From: a virus | IMG/VR virus record: IMGVR_UViG_3300045971_000674 | Span: 1 to 45,229 of that record | DNA length: 45,229 bases | Strand: one strand, 5' to 3' | In this document: piece after piece, positions 1-9,419 of the stretch | Position numbering within the stretch: the stretch's first letter is position 1 | How the letters are laid out: each line of letters starts with the position of its first letter | Notes under the pieces: generated by a model | The model's database searches: none | Told to the model about the DNA's origin: nothing | Seen by the model: only the letters and a program-made list of their open reading frames with translations | Made by a program: the position numbers and the translations under genes

Positions 1-576
1 CTCTTTGGTGAAGTACTTCTGCGCCTTCTTGTCATGTACCACGGCTTCAGCCAGGGACAGAACACGGCGTGAACCCATTGCTTCAGCCACAACGTCAGGA
101 TAGGCATCAGGAGCCGATGGCTGAGATACGATATCCACAGTCGTGAAGACGAAGTCAGAGACGTCGCCGGATTCATTCACGTTGCCAGTGCCACGTGAGG
201 AAACACCTAGACGAACACCGCCGTCAATCAGCGCCTTGGCGATGTTGCCCGATGGGGTGTTGAGGATCTTCATCTTGCCGATGGCGTTGTTGCCGTTCAT
301 CGCGCATTCGGTGATGCAGTGAGAGACGTTTGCCAGGTTGATCGACAGGGTATCAGGGTGGTTCAGTTCGCCACAGACGGACTGGCCAGACTTGATGCGC
401 TCATTGACCGATTGGATCGCCTTGGTGATCTCGTCGAGCGGGTAGTTGCGGCCGTTGCCATTCTTGATGGCGGCTTGCATCATGATCCCCTTGAGGAAGA
501 GGTCATTGCCCTTGCGCTGCTCCGTAAGGCGAGCAGCAACTGGCGTGAGGTGTTCTTGAAGAAGCAGCATGCTCAT
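1..576 (-). CDS. gp21: Prohead core protease, T4 gp21-like (3' end beyond the window)
   Basis: Absent from the ORF track, translated by hand: MSMLLLQEHL...FLKGIMMQAAIKNGNGRNYP...GELNHPD...KMKILNTPSG...LGVSSRGTG...DIVSQPSAPDAY. The GELxHP, GVSSRGxG and DIVxxPSAPxA motifs are gp21 hallmarks. AAGGA RBS abuts the ATG at 574-576. Confidence 0.95.
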   Translation of the reverse strand, partial: MSMLLLQEHLTPVAARLTEQRKGNDLFLKGIMMQAAIKNGNGRNYPLDEITKAIQSVNERIKSGQSVCGELNHPDTLSINLANVSHCITECAMNGNNAIGKMKILNTPSGNIAKALIDGGVRLGVSSRGTGNVNESGDVSDFVFTTVDIVSQPSAPDAYPDVVAEAMGSRRVLSLAEAVVHDKKAQKYFTKE

Positions 577-581
577 TCCTT

Positions 582-1166
582 TCAACGGAGCCAGTCGAGT
601 TCAGCAGCCTTCTTGGCGCCGAGCCCGTCGCGCAGCAGCTTGTCGAGATTGGAGGACAGGTCGAACAGCTCGGTGGCGTTCTGCTTGTCTTCATTCGATG
701 CAGCTGGGTTGGCGAATGGGAAACGATGCAGGCCCTTCAGGTTGGCATGCATCATGTCGTGGTGGTGCTGGAGCTCAGACTTGATAGAACCGGTGTTCTT
801 GTCACCAGTCTGAACCTGTGCATGCGCGCGATCAACAAGGTGCTTGATGCTGGCACGAATCCAGTTTGGATCGAGACGTTGTTCAGCGGCATCCTTCATC
901 ATGGCTTCACGTTCAGCCTTGACCTTTGGATCGACGGTGTTGCCTGGTGCAAATGCTGGGGCACCTGGCTTCTTCTCTTCACCTGGAGCGCCTGCTGGCT
1001 TGGTAGTTGGAGGTGCCTTATCAGCAGCCTTCTCGCCAGGCTTTGCAACTGGTGCCTTGTCATCAGGCGTCTTGGTCTCGTCGCCCTCAACCTTGCTCTC
1101 GTCATCTTCTTCCATGACTTCGGCCATACCGGCGAGCTTCTTGAGACGGCTCAGATTGAATTCCAT
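582..1166 (-). CDS. Hypothetical head protein, possibly prohead core/scaffold
   Basis: 194 aa between portal and protease (the T4 gp67/gp68 position). It has an AGGAG RBS, an upstream TAAATA, an N-terminal RLKKLAG and an acidic, Pro/Lys-rich low-complexity region. Confidence 0.6.
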   Translation of the reverse strand: MEFNLSRLKKLAGMAEVMEEDDESKVEGDETKTPDDKAPVAKPGEKAADKAPPTTKPAGAPGEEKKPGAPAFAPGNTVDPKVKAEREAMMKDAAEQRLDPNWIRASIKHLVDRAHAQVQTGDKNTGSIKSELQHHHDMMHANLKGLHRFPFANPAASNEDKQNATELFDLSSNLDKLLRDGLGAKKAAELDWLR

Positions 1167-1193
1167 GTGGGATCTCCTAATAGGATTGTTGCC

Positions 1194-1199
1194 TATTTA
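1194..1199 (-). promoter_or_regulatory. Late promoter motif TAAATA
   Basis: GTAAATAG on the minus strand about 30 nt upstream of the 1166 start. Matches the T4 gp55 late consensus TATAAATA. Confidence 0.65.
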
Positions 1200-1201
1200 C
1201 G

Positions 1202-2917
1202 TCAAGGGGCTGCTGGTGGCGTGTTTCCGCCAGCTTCTGGTGGCGGAGTTTCTGCTGGAGGAGCTTCCCCGCCTGGAGGAGCTTCAGGCCCAGCTGGTGG
1301 AGCTTCACCACCACCGCCAAAGAATCCACCGCCAATGTCAGCTTCTTGACCCAAGCCACCGCCGAGGGCATCACCACCAGTTGCTGCTGGTCCACCTTCA
1401 ACCGTCTGTGCTTCACGGTTTTCGTAGACTGACGGGTCATAGATCTGCTGCATCGATGGGATGTTGCCGCTCTCAAGGATGCCACGCTCTTCCTTGATCA
1501 TGACTTCGTTCATCTGGATCTCGTCATCAGTCAGGCCGAGGTAACGCTTCAGGATGAATCGCTTCGACAGGTACTTCGTCTGCTCGATGTTGTTGAACGA
1601 GCTGATCAGGTCGGCATCGAGTGCAGCCTGACGGTACAGAGCGAAGTTGGCTGGATCTGGCAAACGGATGGAGAAGATCTCGTCATCGATCTTCAGGCCG
1701 CAGACCTTCAGATAGATCTTGAATTCTTCGTCAAGCAGGTCATTCATACGCTGTTGCAGACGCATGATGAACTTGGCGAACCGGAGTTCTTCGATGTACG
1801 CGATACCGACCTTGCCGTCGTTGTACTGGGCGCCTTGGCCGTCAGCACCGCCCATGTACGAGGTTGGGATCCGCAGACCGCGGAAGACCTTGTCTTGGAA
1901 GAACTTGAGCAGGTTGGTGCCGAAATCTTCGGTGCCGCCTGGCAGGGTTTCAACCCGTGAGCCACGACCAGTTGCCGTGACTGGGAAGAACATGTCCTCT
2001 TGAATGGACTGTGGATCGTACTGACCGTCAACGACGTCCTTCTGACCGTTGGCTGACTGGCCAGGAACCCGCTTCTGGCGGATCTCGTTCTTGACCTGTT
2101 CGAGGTACGTCTTGACACGTTGAGCTGGCATGTTGCCAACGTCGACGTAGAACACACGACGTTCTGGAGCGCGCACGATCCGGTAGATGATCACAGCATC
2201 TTCGATCATCGACAGCTGACGATAGACACGGAAGATTGGGCGAAGCACTGACTGGCCGAATGGAGCTGAGTCGCCCATCTCGTCACACAGCGTGAAGTGA
2301 ATCATGGCTGCCGCTGGCACCACATCCATCTCTTCGTTGCGAACGCCGTAGCTGTTGCTACCCTGACCTTGTTTGCCTGGGCGCTTGAGGTAGTAGTTGA
2401 GCTTGTCGCCGTGCTCATTGATTTCGATACCGTACACAAGGGTAGGATCGACCCACACCCACTTGCGGGTGTCAGAGATCTTGCGGAAGAAGCAGTCACC
2501 GTTCTTGATGAGACAGCGAGCGATGCCGAACAAACGCTTGTGCATCTCTTGCATTTCAGACCACTGACGAACCGCCTGACGAAGCGTGATAGCAGTGGTG
2601 TCACTGACGTCTTGGTTGTCTTCCTTCTCGTAGTCAATCAGGAAGTGCAGATTGGTCTTCTCGTCGCGAGATGTCATCTCTTCGGCGATGATGTCCATCG
2701 AACGTGCAATGTCGATGTCAGCATCCATTGCGTCGTACTGCTTGTACTGATTCATACGGCTGCCAGGCCCACGCATCACCTGCGAGTACCACGTCACAGC
2801 CGTCATCGACGACATGTCCGTTGATCGTGGATCAAAGGCATCGGTGGAGATCGTCGTATACAGCTGCTTACGCGAAGCCGGTGTGATGATCTTCCAGAAA
2901 CTTTCCAACTGGCTCAT
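1202..2917 (-). CDS. gp20: Portal protein, T4 gp20-like
   Basis: 571 aa with QLSMIEDAVIIYRIVRAPERRVFYVDVGNMP, EDMFFP...GRGSRVETLPGG, LRIPTSYM and EELRFAKFI, all gp20 signatures. Confidence 0.97.
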   Translation of the reverse strand: MSQLESFWKIITPASRKQLYTTISTDAFDPRSTDMSSMTAVTWYSQVMRGPGSRMNQYKQYDAMDADIDIARSMDIIAEEMTSRDEKTNLHFLIDYEKEDNQDVSDTTAITLRQAVRQWSEMQEMHKRLFGIARCLIKNGDCFFRKISDTRKWVWVDPTLVYGIEINEHGDKLNYYLKRPGKQGQGSNSYGVRNEEMDVVPAAAMIHFTLCDEMGDSAPFGQSVLRPIFRVYRQLSMIEDAVIIYRIVRAPERRVFYVDVGNMPAQRVKTYLEQVKNEIRQKRVPGQSANGQKDVVDGQYDPQSIQEDMFFPVTATGRGSRVETLPGGTEDFGTNLLKFFQDKVFRGLRIPTSYMGGADGQGAQYNDGKVGIAYIEELRFAKFIMRLQQRMNDLLDEEFKIYLKVCGLKIDDEIFSIRLPDPANFALYRQAALDADLISSFNNIEQTKYLSKRFILKRYLGLTDDEIQMNEVMIKEERGILESGNIPSMQQIYDPSVYENREAQTVEGGPAATGGDALGGGLGQEADIGGGFFGGGGEAPPAGPEAPPGGEAPPAETPPPEAGGNTPPAAP

Positions 2918-2939
2918 GTGTATCCTTGTAGCGCCGCGA

Positions 2940-5900
2940 TTAGACGGCTCGGCGCGTTAGCTCTGCTGTGTCAGGGAAGGTGGGCAAGACAGACCGCAGG
3001 AAACCTGGCTGGGTATCTTCCTTTGCAGTGGTGGCATCAAGCATCTTCTGCGCAACCTCCAACTGCTTCTTCAGGAGTTCAAGCGCTTCCTTCATGCCCA
3101 CAACCGTCATGCCCTTCTTCTTGGTCTCGTCCGTGTCTTCTTCAACCTGCGGCTTATTTACTTCTGGCAGAGTGACTTTTTGGCGGCCTTGTTGACCTGG
3201 TGTAGCAAGCGCTGCATTTGGCGAAACTGGAGTAGCTTGAACAGGAGTAGCCTTTGCCATGACAGTTTCGCCTGGGGTCAAGCTATCTTCTGGCTTGACG
3301 GGCGTTGCTTGAACTGCAGGCGTTGCTTCGGTCTTCGCATCCTGATCCTTCTTGGCTTGGGCGATTAGCGGTGCTTGTGCCGCGGCGACTGCGCCATGCG
3401 CTTGTGCCAACAGCTCCTTGGTACTGTTGGCAACTGTTCCACTTAGCTTCTTGCCCTGCTTCTTAGCATCTGCAGCCGCTTGTTGATTGGCTTCACCAAT
3501 GCTAGAGAGAGTAGCTTTGCCATCTTCTTGCAGGGTCTTCAGTGTTGCTTCGCCAGTCTTGACTTCTTCTTTGGCTGCATCTGCATTACCCTTGAACGTG
3601 TTCTTGATGAAGTCGGGGGCCCATGATGGCACCAAGCTGGTGAGGAAGTCCCAGAAAGCTGCCTTCGTAGAACGCCATGCAACTTGAATTTCGGTAAATG
3701 TTCGGTCGAACATGTTGGTCAGCGTGCCGCCCAGCAGTTCTTCAGTGTCAAGACCGATGCCCTTCAACAGAAAATCAAGTCCACCTGTTACTGCAGCGCC
3801 AATTCCGTGGAAAGCACCGATGATCATGCCATTGATCTTGTCGCTAACCATCTGACCCATGTCCCAGATCCAGCCCTTCTTCGACATGTCTACTTCCTTG
3901 GCCACCGTGCCAGCGCCTGCTGCAGCCAAGTTTCCAGTGAACAGTTCATCAAGAGCGCCCCATACTGCAGAGACAATCATGCCCAAGCCGAGTACGCTTG
4001 AAAGGCTTCCGAACAATGTGCTTGCGATTCCCTGTGCAGCAGTAGCCATTCCACCACCAGCCGCAACGACAGCGCCTTCACCAGCAATGGCAGCAGGCGC
4101 TGTCGTTGCGACGCTGCCAATCACCGTCTCCATTAAAGTGGTGGCAACTGTGCTTATGTCGCCGGTAATGGCAGCTTCAGCAAGAGTAGCAACCTTACCA
4201 AGACCTGGGAGTTTCCCAAGAGCTCCAGCCATCGGCACGCCCTTTGGCATGTTCGGCATTGGGAGTGTCATGCCCTTTGGAACGCCCGCGCCCGGAACCG
4301 TAGGCAGCGGTTTTGGAATGCCACCAGTTACAATTGGCTTGCCACCTACCGTTGTGGTGGGAGTTGGCCCTGTTGGTGGAGGCGTCTTTGGTGTGGTGGG
4401 CGTAGTCTCCTTCTTCTTGAAGATATCAAGTAAGCCGCCTTTCTCTTCCTTGCCTGTGGCAGGCACTAGACCATCCGTGTTCTTCGCAATCTTGCGGAGG
4501 AAAAGAACCTGGGCAACTGAGCCAGCAATCAACTCGGCAAATTGCTTTGCTGCGTCATACAGTGGGTTCTTGGTAATGCCCGTCAGCGTGGTCATGATGT
4601 TGCCCATCATTTGGGCCAGCGGCCCGGTCTCTTGACCCATACGACTGTTAACAACATCACCCGATTGCTTCTGCAACTGGGCCTTGCCTGCTACTTCAGC
4701 AACGTCGCGCTGCGAGGAACCCTGGATTGCTTCGTTGATCTGGTCAGCAATGTTCTGAGCACCAACGTCACCGCTGTTCTGCATGCCTTGCAAGCGCTCT
4801 TGCATTTGGCCATGTAGCTCAGTCAGGCGTGCATTCTCTTCCTCGGTCTTGTTCTTCTTCTGCGCAAGGCGTGCAAGTTCCTCAGTGTCCTGTGCATTCA
4901 TGCCAGTCATCGAGCCTGCTTGGCGAATGATGCCTGCTGCCTTGAAGCGATCCTTAGCAGTGGCGCGACGTTGCGCAAGCAGCGCATCAGTCAACTGCTT
5001 CGAGGTGTTCGCTGTCAAGCCCATCTGCTGGCCGAGAGTGGCCGTGTGCATGATGTCATCCATGCGAGCCTGACGTTCAGCAGGTGCAAGGCCTAGCAAT
5101 TCTTCCTGGACGTTCGTGTTGTTTGAGATGTCCTCGACAAGTGCCTTGAAGGCATCTGACGTCATCAGCGTAGACTTACGCAGCTGCTTGAACAACTTGA
5201 CTTGAGCCGTGGTGGCATCGGCCATCTGCGCCTGTGGAATGCCGACCGTAGTCGCAGCAGTTTCCATTGAGGCAGACAACTTACGAGCTGCAGGGCCAAA
5301 GATACCGAGCGAGCCGAGTTCCTTCGATGTCTTTGAGATGCTCTTGTCGAATTCTTCGAAGCTGCCCTTACGAGCCACGACAGCCTGATTCTCTTCAAGC
5401 ATCTCCGTGTATTCTGCCAAGGACATGCCTGCCTTGACGGCATTGGCGTACATGCCAGCGAGGTCCTTGGATCCAGAGATGCCACGCCGCTGCAAGCTGT
5501 AGAAGTCATCGATGATCTGGTACAGGAAGCCGAAGCTGTCCTTTAGCTTCTTCGTCTTCTCTTTCAGCAGGTCGAACTGAGTCTTGACTGGTTCAGCCGC
5601 CTTGCCGGCTTCTCCCACCTTCTCGGTGGTAGCCTTCACATTCTTGTTGAGCGAGGTTGCTGCTTGATTGAAACCTTGGGCCGTCTGTTGTGCAGCCTTA
5701 GCAGCCTGTTCACCAGCGGCAGCTGCAACCTGTGGGCAAGGGTCGCAGTTCTGGAGCTTCTTGCTGAAGGCCTCGAGACGACCTACAGTTACTAACAGAG
5801 CCCGATTGAGACGCGTGATGACGCTGACGGTGCCTTCGTCCTTCTTGTTCGGCTTTACTTCAATCTCAGGGGCCGTGCTCTTCGGCGTCTTAACCTGCGC

Positions 5901-6173
5901 CTTAGCGCCTAGACTGCGATTGAGTGCCTTGAAATGTCCAGTAGTTGTCTTGACGGTGCCACCAAGAGTGGACAAGCGGCCATCAACAATCTCGATGGTG
6001 CCGCCAAAGTTGTCGAGTGCAGTTGATGTAGCACGAATGCGATCGTTCAGACCCTTCAATCCCTTTGGACCTGCTGGGGCTGGGGGTGGTGTAGGGGCAG
6101 GCAGCGATGCAAACGCGGAGGCGATCGCCTTACCGAGCTTGGTTGCAATCAGTTGTGCTTCTGCTTCTGTCAT
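2940..6173 (-). CDS. Probable tail tape measure protein (gp29-like)
   Basis: 1077 aa, helical and Ala/Gln/Lys-rich, with hydrophobic Gly-rich segments (GLGMIVSAVWGAL) and Pro-rich linkers. Adjacent to gp26/gp51-like hub genes. Function is inferred from composition and context. Confidence 0.65.
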   Translation of the reverse strand: MTEAEAQLIATKLGKAIASAFASLPAPTPPPAPAGPKGLKGLNDRIRATSTALDNFGGTIEIVDGRLSTLGGTVKTTTGHFKALNRSLGAKAQVKTPKSTAPEIEVKPNKKDEGTVSVITRLNRALLVTVGRLEAFSKKLQNCDPCPQVAAAAGEQAAKAAQQTAQGFNQAATSLNKNVKATTEKVGEAGKAAEPVKTQFDLLKEKTKKLKDSFGFLYQIIDDFYSLQRRGISGSKDLAGMYANAVKAGMSLAEYTEMLEENQAVVARKGSFEEFDKSISKTSKELGSLGIFGPAARKLSASMETAATTVGIPQAQMADATTAQVKLFKQLRKSTLMTSDAFKALVEDISNNTNVQEELLGLAPAERQARMDDIMHTATLGQQMGLTANTSKQLTDALLAQRRATAKDRFKAAGIIRQAGSMTGMNAQDTEELARLAQKKNKTEEENARLTELHGQMQERLQGMQNSGDVGAQNIADQINEAIQGSSQRDVAEVAGKAQLQKQSGDVVNSRMGQETGPLAQMMGNIMTTLTGITKNPLYDAAKQFAELIAGSVAQVLFLRKIAKNTDGLVPATGKEEKGGLLDIFKKKETTPTTPKTPPPTGPTPTTTVGGKPIVTGGIPKPLPTVPGAGVPKGMTLPMPNMPKGVPMAGALGKLPGLGKVATLAEAAITGDISTVATTLMETVIGSVATTAPAAIAGEGAVVAAGGGMATAAQGIASTLFGSLSSVLGLGMIVSAVWGALDELFTGNLAAAGAGTVAKEVDMSKKGWIWDMGQMVSDKINGMIIGAFHGIGAAVTGGLDFLLKGIGLDTEELLGGTLTNMFDRTFTEIQVAWRSTKAAFWDFLTSLVPSWAPDFIKNTFKGNADAAKEEVKTGEATLKTLQEDGKATLSSIGEANQQAAADAKKQGKKLSGTVANSTKELLAQAHGAVAAAQAPLIAQAKKDQDAKTEATPAVQATPVKPEDSLTPGETVMAKATPVQATPVSPNAALATPGQQGRQKVTLPEVNKPQVEEDTDETKKKGMTVVGMKEALELLKKQLEVAQKMLDATTAKEDTQPGFLRSVLPTFPDTAELTRRAV

Positions 6174-6209
6174 CCTAGAGGTGTCCCGGGCAGCCTTTGG
6201 TCAGCTGCG

Positions 6210-6215
6210 TAAATA
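6210..6215 (+). promoter_or_regulatory. Late promoter TAAATA for the gp26/gp51-like genes
   Basis: GTAAATAG about 36 nt upstream of the ATG at 6251 (RBS GAGGA). Confidence 0.65.
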
Positions 6216-6228
6216 GCAAGTCGTAAGG

Positions 6229-6235
6229 TATTTAT
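6229..6235 (-). promoter_or_regulatory. Late promoter ATAAATA for the tape measure/portal unit
   Basis: TATTTAT on the plus strand reads ATAAATA on the minus strand, upstream of the 6173 start. Confidence 0.65.
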
Positions 6236-6250
6236 CCTCAGAGGACGTAT

Positions 6251-7033
6251 ATGGAAACCAACATTCAGAACCCACTGCTCGCAAAGCTAAAGCTGCCGGG
6301 TCGTACCTTCCAGCTTCCCTCACGTGGAATCTTCTACAAGAACGGCGAAGTCGCTTCAGCTGAAGGCGAAATTCACGTTCACCCAATGTCTGCTCTCACC
6401 GAAATCAACCTCAAGAACCCTGACCTGTTGTTCAACGGCAAGGCAATCGAAGAGGTGATGGCTGAGTGTGTGCCTGAAATCAAGAAGCCACTCGAGCTGT
6501 TTGGCCGCGACATCGACGCCCTCATGTTCTTCCTGCGGTTGGTCACCTACGGCTCGGCCTTCGAGATCAATGTCAAGCACACCTGCAAGGATGCGAAGCA
6601 GCACTCGTACGTAGTTGATGTCGAGCAGATGGTCATGGCCATGAAGCAACTCGATCCAACACTGGTCGACCAGTTCCAAGTCACGCTGCCAAATGATCAG
6701 GTCGTTCGCCTCCGACCCGTCACATTCAGCCACATGGTCAAGCTATTCCAGATGAACACGGGCAAGGAAGAGCTGAAGCCTGAAGACATCAAGGCCAACA
6801 TCGTCTTCAACCTCGTCAACCTGATTGAGAGTGTTGATGGACTGACCGACAAGACCATGATCGAGGGTTGGGTTCGTGCCATCCCTACCACGCTGCAATC
6901 CCGCCTGACCGATGTCATCGAGAAGATGAACGATTGGGGTCCTGCCCAGACATCGAAGCTCAAGTGCAAGGACTGCGGTGAAGAGATGGATGTTGAGCTC
7001 CCGCTGAACCCTGTAAGTTTTTTCACCGAATGA
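6251..7033 (+). CDS. gp26: Baseplate hub assembly protein, T4 gp26-like
   Basis: 260 aa with N-terminal NPLL...LPSRGIFY, a DIDALMFFLRLVTYG segment, and HTC plus C-terminal CKDCG...PLNPVSFF motifs, typical of the gp26 family. Confidence 0.8.
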   Translation: METNIQNPLLAKLKLPGRTFQLPSRGIFYKNGEVASAEGEIHVHPMSALTEINLKNPDLLFNGKAIEEVMAECVPEIKKPLELFGRDIDALMFFLRLVTYGSAFEINVKHTCKDAKQHSYVVDVEQMVMAMKQLDPTLVDQFQVTLPNDQVVRLRPVTFSHMVKLFQMNTGKEELKPEDIKANIVFNLVNLIESVDGLTDKTMIEGWVRAIPTTLQSRLTDVIEKMNDWGPAQTSKLKCKDCGEEMDVELPLNPVSFFTE

Positions 7034-7254
7034 TCATCTCCGGAGATACGAGCAGGATCTCCGAGATGATCAATTCGATGGCCCTTGACGTTAGAAGCCT
7101 GCTCAAATCCGCAATCGAAATCTCCTACTTTTCACGCGCTGCAATCGCCTACGAGAAGGTTCTTACCATTTCCGCACTCGAACGGGATCTCTGGGTTGAA
7201 TTCATCAATGAACGCCTGAAGATAGCCGGGAAGTCCCCCTTTCCGGTATTCTGA
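7030..7254 (+). CDS. gp51: Baseplate hub assembly catalyst, T4 gp51-like
   Basis: 74 aa overlapping gp26 by ATGA. The YEKVLTISALERDLWVEFINE segment resembles the gp51 'M.P.ER..y...l' motif. Confidence 0.7.
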   Translation: MIISGDTSRISEMINSMALDVRSLLKSAIEISYFSRAAIAYEKVLTISALERDLWVEFINERLKIAGKSPFPVF

Positions 7255-7256
7255 CG

Positions 7257-7263
7257 ATAAATA
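7257..7263 (+). promoter_or_regulatory. Late promoter ATAAATA
   Basis: GATAAATAAG about 30 nt upstream of the ATG at 7292. Confidence 0.7.
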
Positions 7264-7291
7264 AGCGGTCGAACGAACCGGGATTACACCA

Positions 7292-8938
7292 ATGAAAATC
7301 TTCCAAAGTACCGAGCTATCTCGGCACCCCATTGCTGAAATGGAGGCTGCGACAAAATTCTATGTCGATAGCCAAGTCACCAATGGCGCCATCGTCGGCG
7401 GTCTCTTCTTCACCAACATTGCACCCACTTCTACGGGTATCGTTGGTAGCAAGCAGTACGTCGCTGGCACCACGCCATCCAACATCGTCATCTCTGAAGG
7501 CACCACCGATACCAACAGCGTGACTGTCACGTTGTATGCTGAAGGCGGTTCTGCATTCTTCTCCCCAACAATCACGATCACCACAGTGCCTGCACAGTCT
7601 GGTGGTCCGATCATCGCCACCCTGTCACAGAGCGTGACTGGCGACCGTGTCTACACGGCAACTGCCAACCTCACGAACATCACCGCTGACACCGTCGTCA
7701 ACGCTTCGTCATCGACCAACGCCACTGCAACAACCACGATTCGCCGCGCCGCTGCGGGTCCAGTGCTTGATGTGCTGACAATCGGTGGCTACCCAGGTGC
7801 ACAGACTGCTGTCAAGGCAGGCGACACCGTTACCGTCTCTGGCCGTGTTGCCAACACCGCAACCTACGCCGAAATCGTGGCAGGTGGCGCAGCAGCTTCG
7901 TTGGTCTCCATGACACTGGGTGCTGACAACAGCTTCAGCACTGGCTTCAAGACGATCACCGCAACGGTCACGATCAGCGGTCTCTCAGGTGCTCAGACGG
8001 TTTCTGCTCGTGCACGCAATGCACTCGGTACCTACGGTTCGACCTTCGCATCGACCAACACGATCACGCTTGACCAGGTCTACCCAACCATCGGTGCATT
8101 CTCGATCGCCTACCCAGCCACTCAGTCTGGTTTGAAGACTGGCGAATCGGCAACGGTCACATCGACGGTCACGAACTTCACAACGATCAGCTACTCAGGC
8201 ACGAACCTTTCGATCGGTTCTCCAACGACGTATGCAGCTTCCAAGACTGCTTCGCTGACTGGTGGAACCTACTCGTTCGGTTCCAACAACTACACGATCA
8301 GCGCCAACAAGGCAGCCAACAACTCGACGACGACGACTTCAACTGCCGTGACGATCGCTGCAGTTGCCCCAACCGCTGCAATCACGTACTCGCCAACTGG
8401 TCGCATGCTGTCATCGCCGCTGGGCGTCAGCTACACGGTCACCATCACCGCTGACCAGCGTCTCGCATCTGCACCATCGCTCACTGCTTCTTCTGGCACG
8501 TGGCAAGGTGCATGGACTGGTTCTGGCGCCACTTGGACTCGCGTGCTGAAGATCGTTGACTCTGATCCAAAGGGTTCGCAGACATTCAGCGCACTGTCAA
8601 TGACAGGTCTGGCCAACATGTCCGGTTCGACGATCACATCTGGTGCTTCGTACACTGTTGGTGGCTTCGCTACCCGCACGATCACGTTCCCAGCCTTCGC
8701 TCGCTACGCAGCAATCGGCACGAACATCGTCGACATCACGAAGGTCACCGCATCGTACACCGGCTCCACGGTCCTGACTCGTCAGACCTCGACAGCCGAC
8801 GTGTTCCAAGGTTTCACGATCGTCGACGCAACTGGAACGTACAGCCCAACAGGAGGATACCTGATGATCTCGGACGTTGCATTCGCGGGTTCGAACACAA
8901 CTGGTACACTTCAACTTGACGTGACGGAGGCTGCATAA
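7292..8938 (+). CDS. Thr/Ser/Gly-rich beta (Ig-like) virion surface or fibre protein
   Basis: 548 aa, extremely T/S/A/G-rich with alternating beta-strand patterns (AVKAGDTVTV, TITLDQVYPTI). It has an N-terminal AATKFYVDS fibre-like motif and a late promoter. Confidence 0.65.
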   Translation: MKIFQSTELSRHPIAEMEAATKFYVDSQVTNGAIVGGLFFTNIAPTSTGIVGSKQYVAGTTPSNIVISEGTTDTNSVTVTLYAEGGSAFFSPTITITTVPAQSGGPIIATLSQSVTGDRVYTATANLTNITADTVVNASSSTNATATTTIRRAAAGPVLDVLTIGGYPGAQTAVKAGDTVTVSGRVANTATYAEIVAGGAAASLVSMTLGADNSFSTGFKTITATVTISGLSGAQTVSARARNALGTYGSTFASTNTITLDQVYPTIGAFSIAYPATQSGLKTGESATVTSTVTNFTTISYSGTNLSIGSPTTYAASKTASLTGGTYSFGSNNYTISANKAANNSTTTTSTAVTIAAVAPTAAITYSPTGRMLSSPLGVSYTVTITADQRLASAPSLTASSGTWQGAWTGSGATWTRVLKIVDSDPKGSQTFSALSMTGLANMSGSTITSGASYTVGGFATRTITFPAFARYAAIGTNIVDITKVTASYTGSTVLTRQTSTADVFQGFTIVDATGTYSPTGGYLMISDVAFAGSNTTGTLQLDVTEAA

Positions 8939-9348
8939 TGAGTGCCTTTGAAGACTTCGTCCAGCTTGAACTTCCAAAGCGCCCCTACCTCAGCACTGAC
9001 GTTGCTGAGGAAACTGTCATCGTTCGTCGTGGTGCTGGTCCACGACAGTTGAATGCGGTAACACTTACCAACGGCCAGGTTCTTGGTATGGTTGGTGGTG
9101 TTCTTGTTGGCACTACGGTTGCTTCCCTCGGTAACGGCGTACGCAAAGCCATCTTGAACGTGACGGTTGACGATGCACAGTGGGATATCCCACACGGTTT
9201 GAACTCGACGAACGTGATCGTACAAGTGGTTGATGCTGCTGGGTACGTGATCATTCCGAAGGAGATTCAGATCCTCGATGCGAACAACATCACCGTGTAT
9301 TTCAACACGGCACAGACCGGTACCGCCCGCGTCATCTTCCTCGACTGA
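8938..9348 (+). CDS. Small virion appendage-associated protein
   Basis: 136 aa coupled by TAATG. The WDIPHGLNSTNVIVQVVD...NNITVYF module recurs in phage fibre and structural proteins. Confidence 0.6.
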   Translation: MSAFEDFVQLELPKRPYLSTDVAEETVIVRRGAGPRQLNAVTLTNGQVLGMVGGVLVGTTVASLGNGVRKAILNVTVDDAQWDIPHGLNSTNVIVQVVDAAGYVIIPKEIQILDANNITVYFNTAQTGTARVIFLD

Positions 9349-9365
9349 TCCTGCTTCCAGGAACT

Positions 9366-9395
9366 GCAATGGGCCCAATGGGCCCATTGCTATTT
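9366..9395. terminator. Probable intrinsic (possibly bidirectional) terminator
   Basis: Perfect 11-bp inverted repeat GCAATGGGCCC-AAT-GGGCCCATTGC followed by TATTT, between convergent genes. A smaller TCCTG/CAGGA hairpin lies just upstream. Confidence 0.7.
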
Positions 9396-9419
9396 GCGCG
9401 CGCTATCTTGAAGCTAATG

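Noticed and set aside
319-813. 164-aa plus-strand ORF at the window start
   Set aside because: Antisense to the clear gp21 protease reading frame (1-576, minus).
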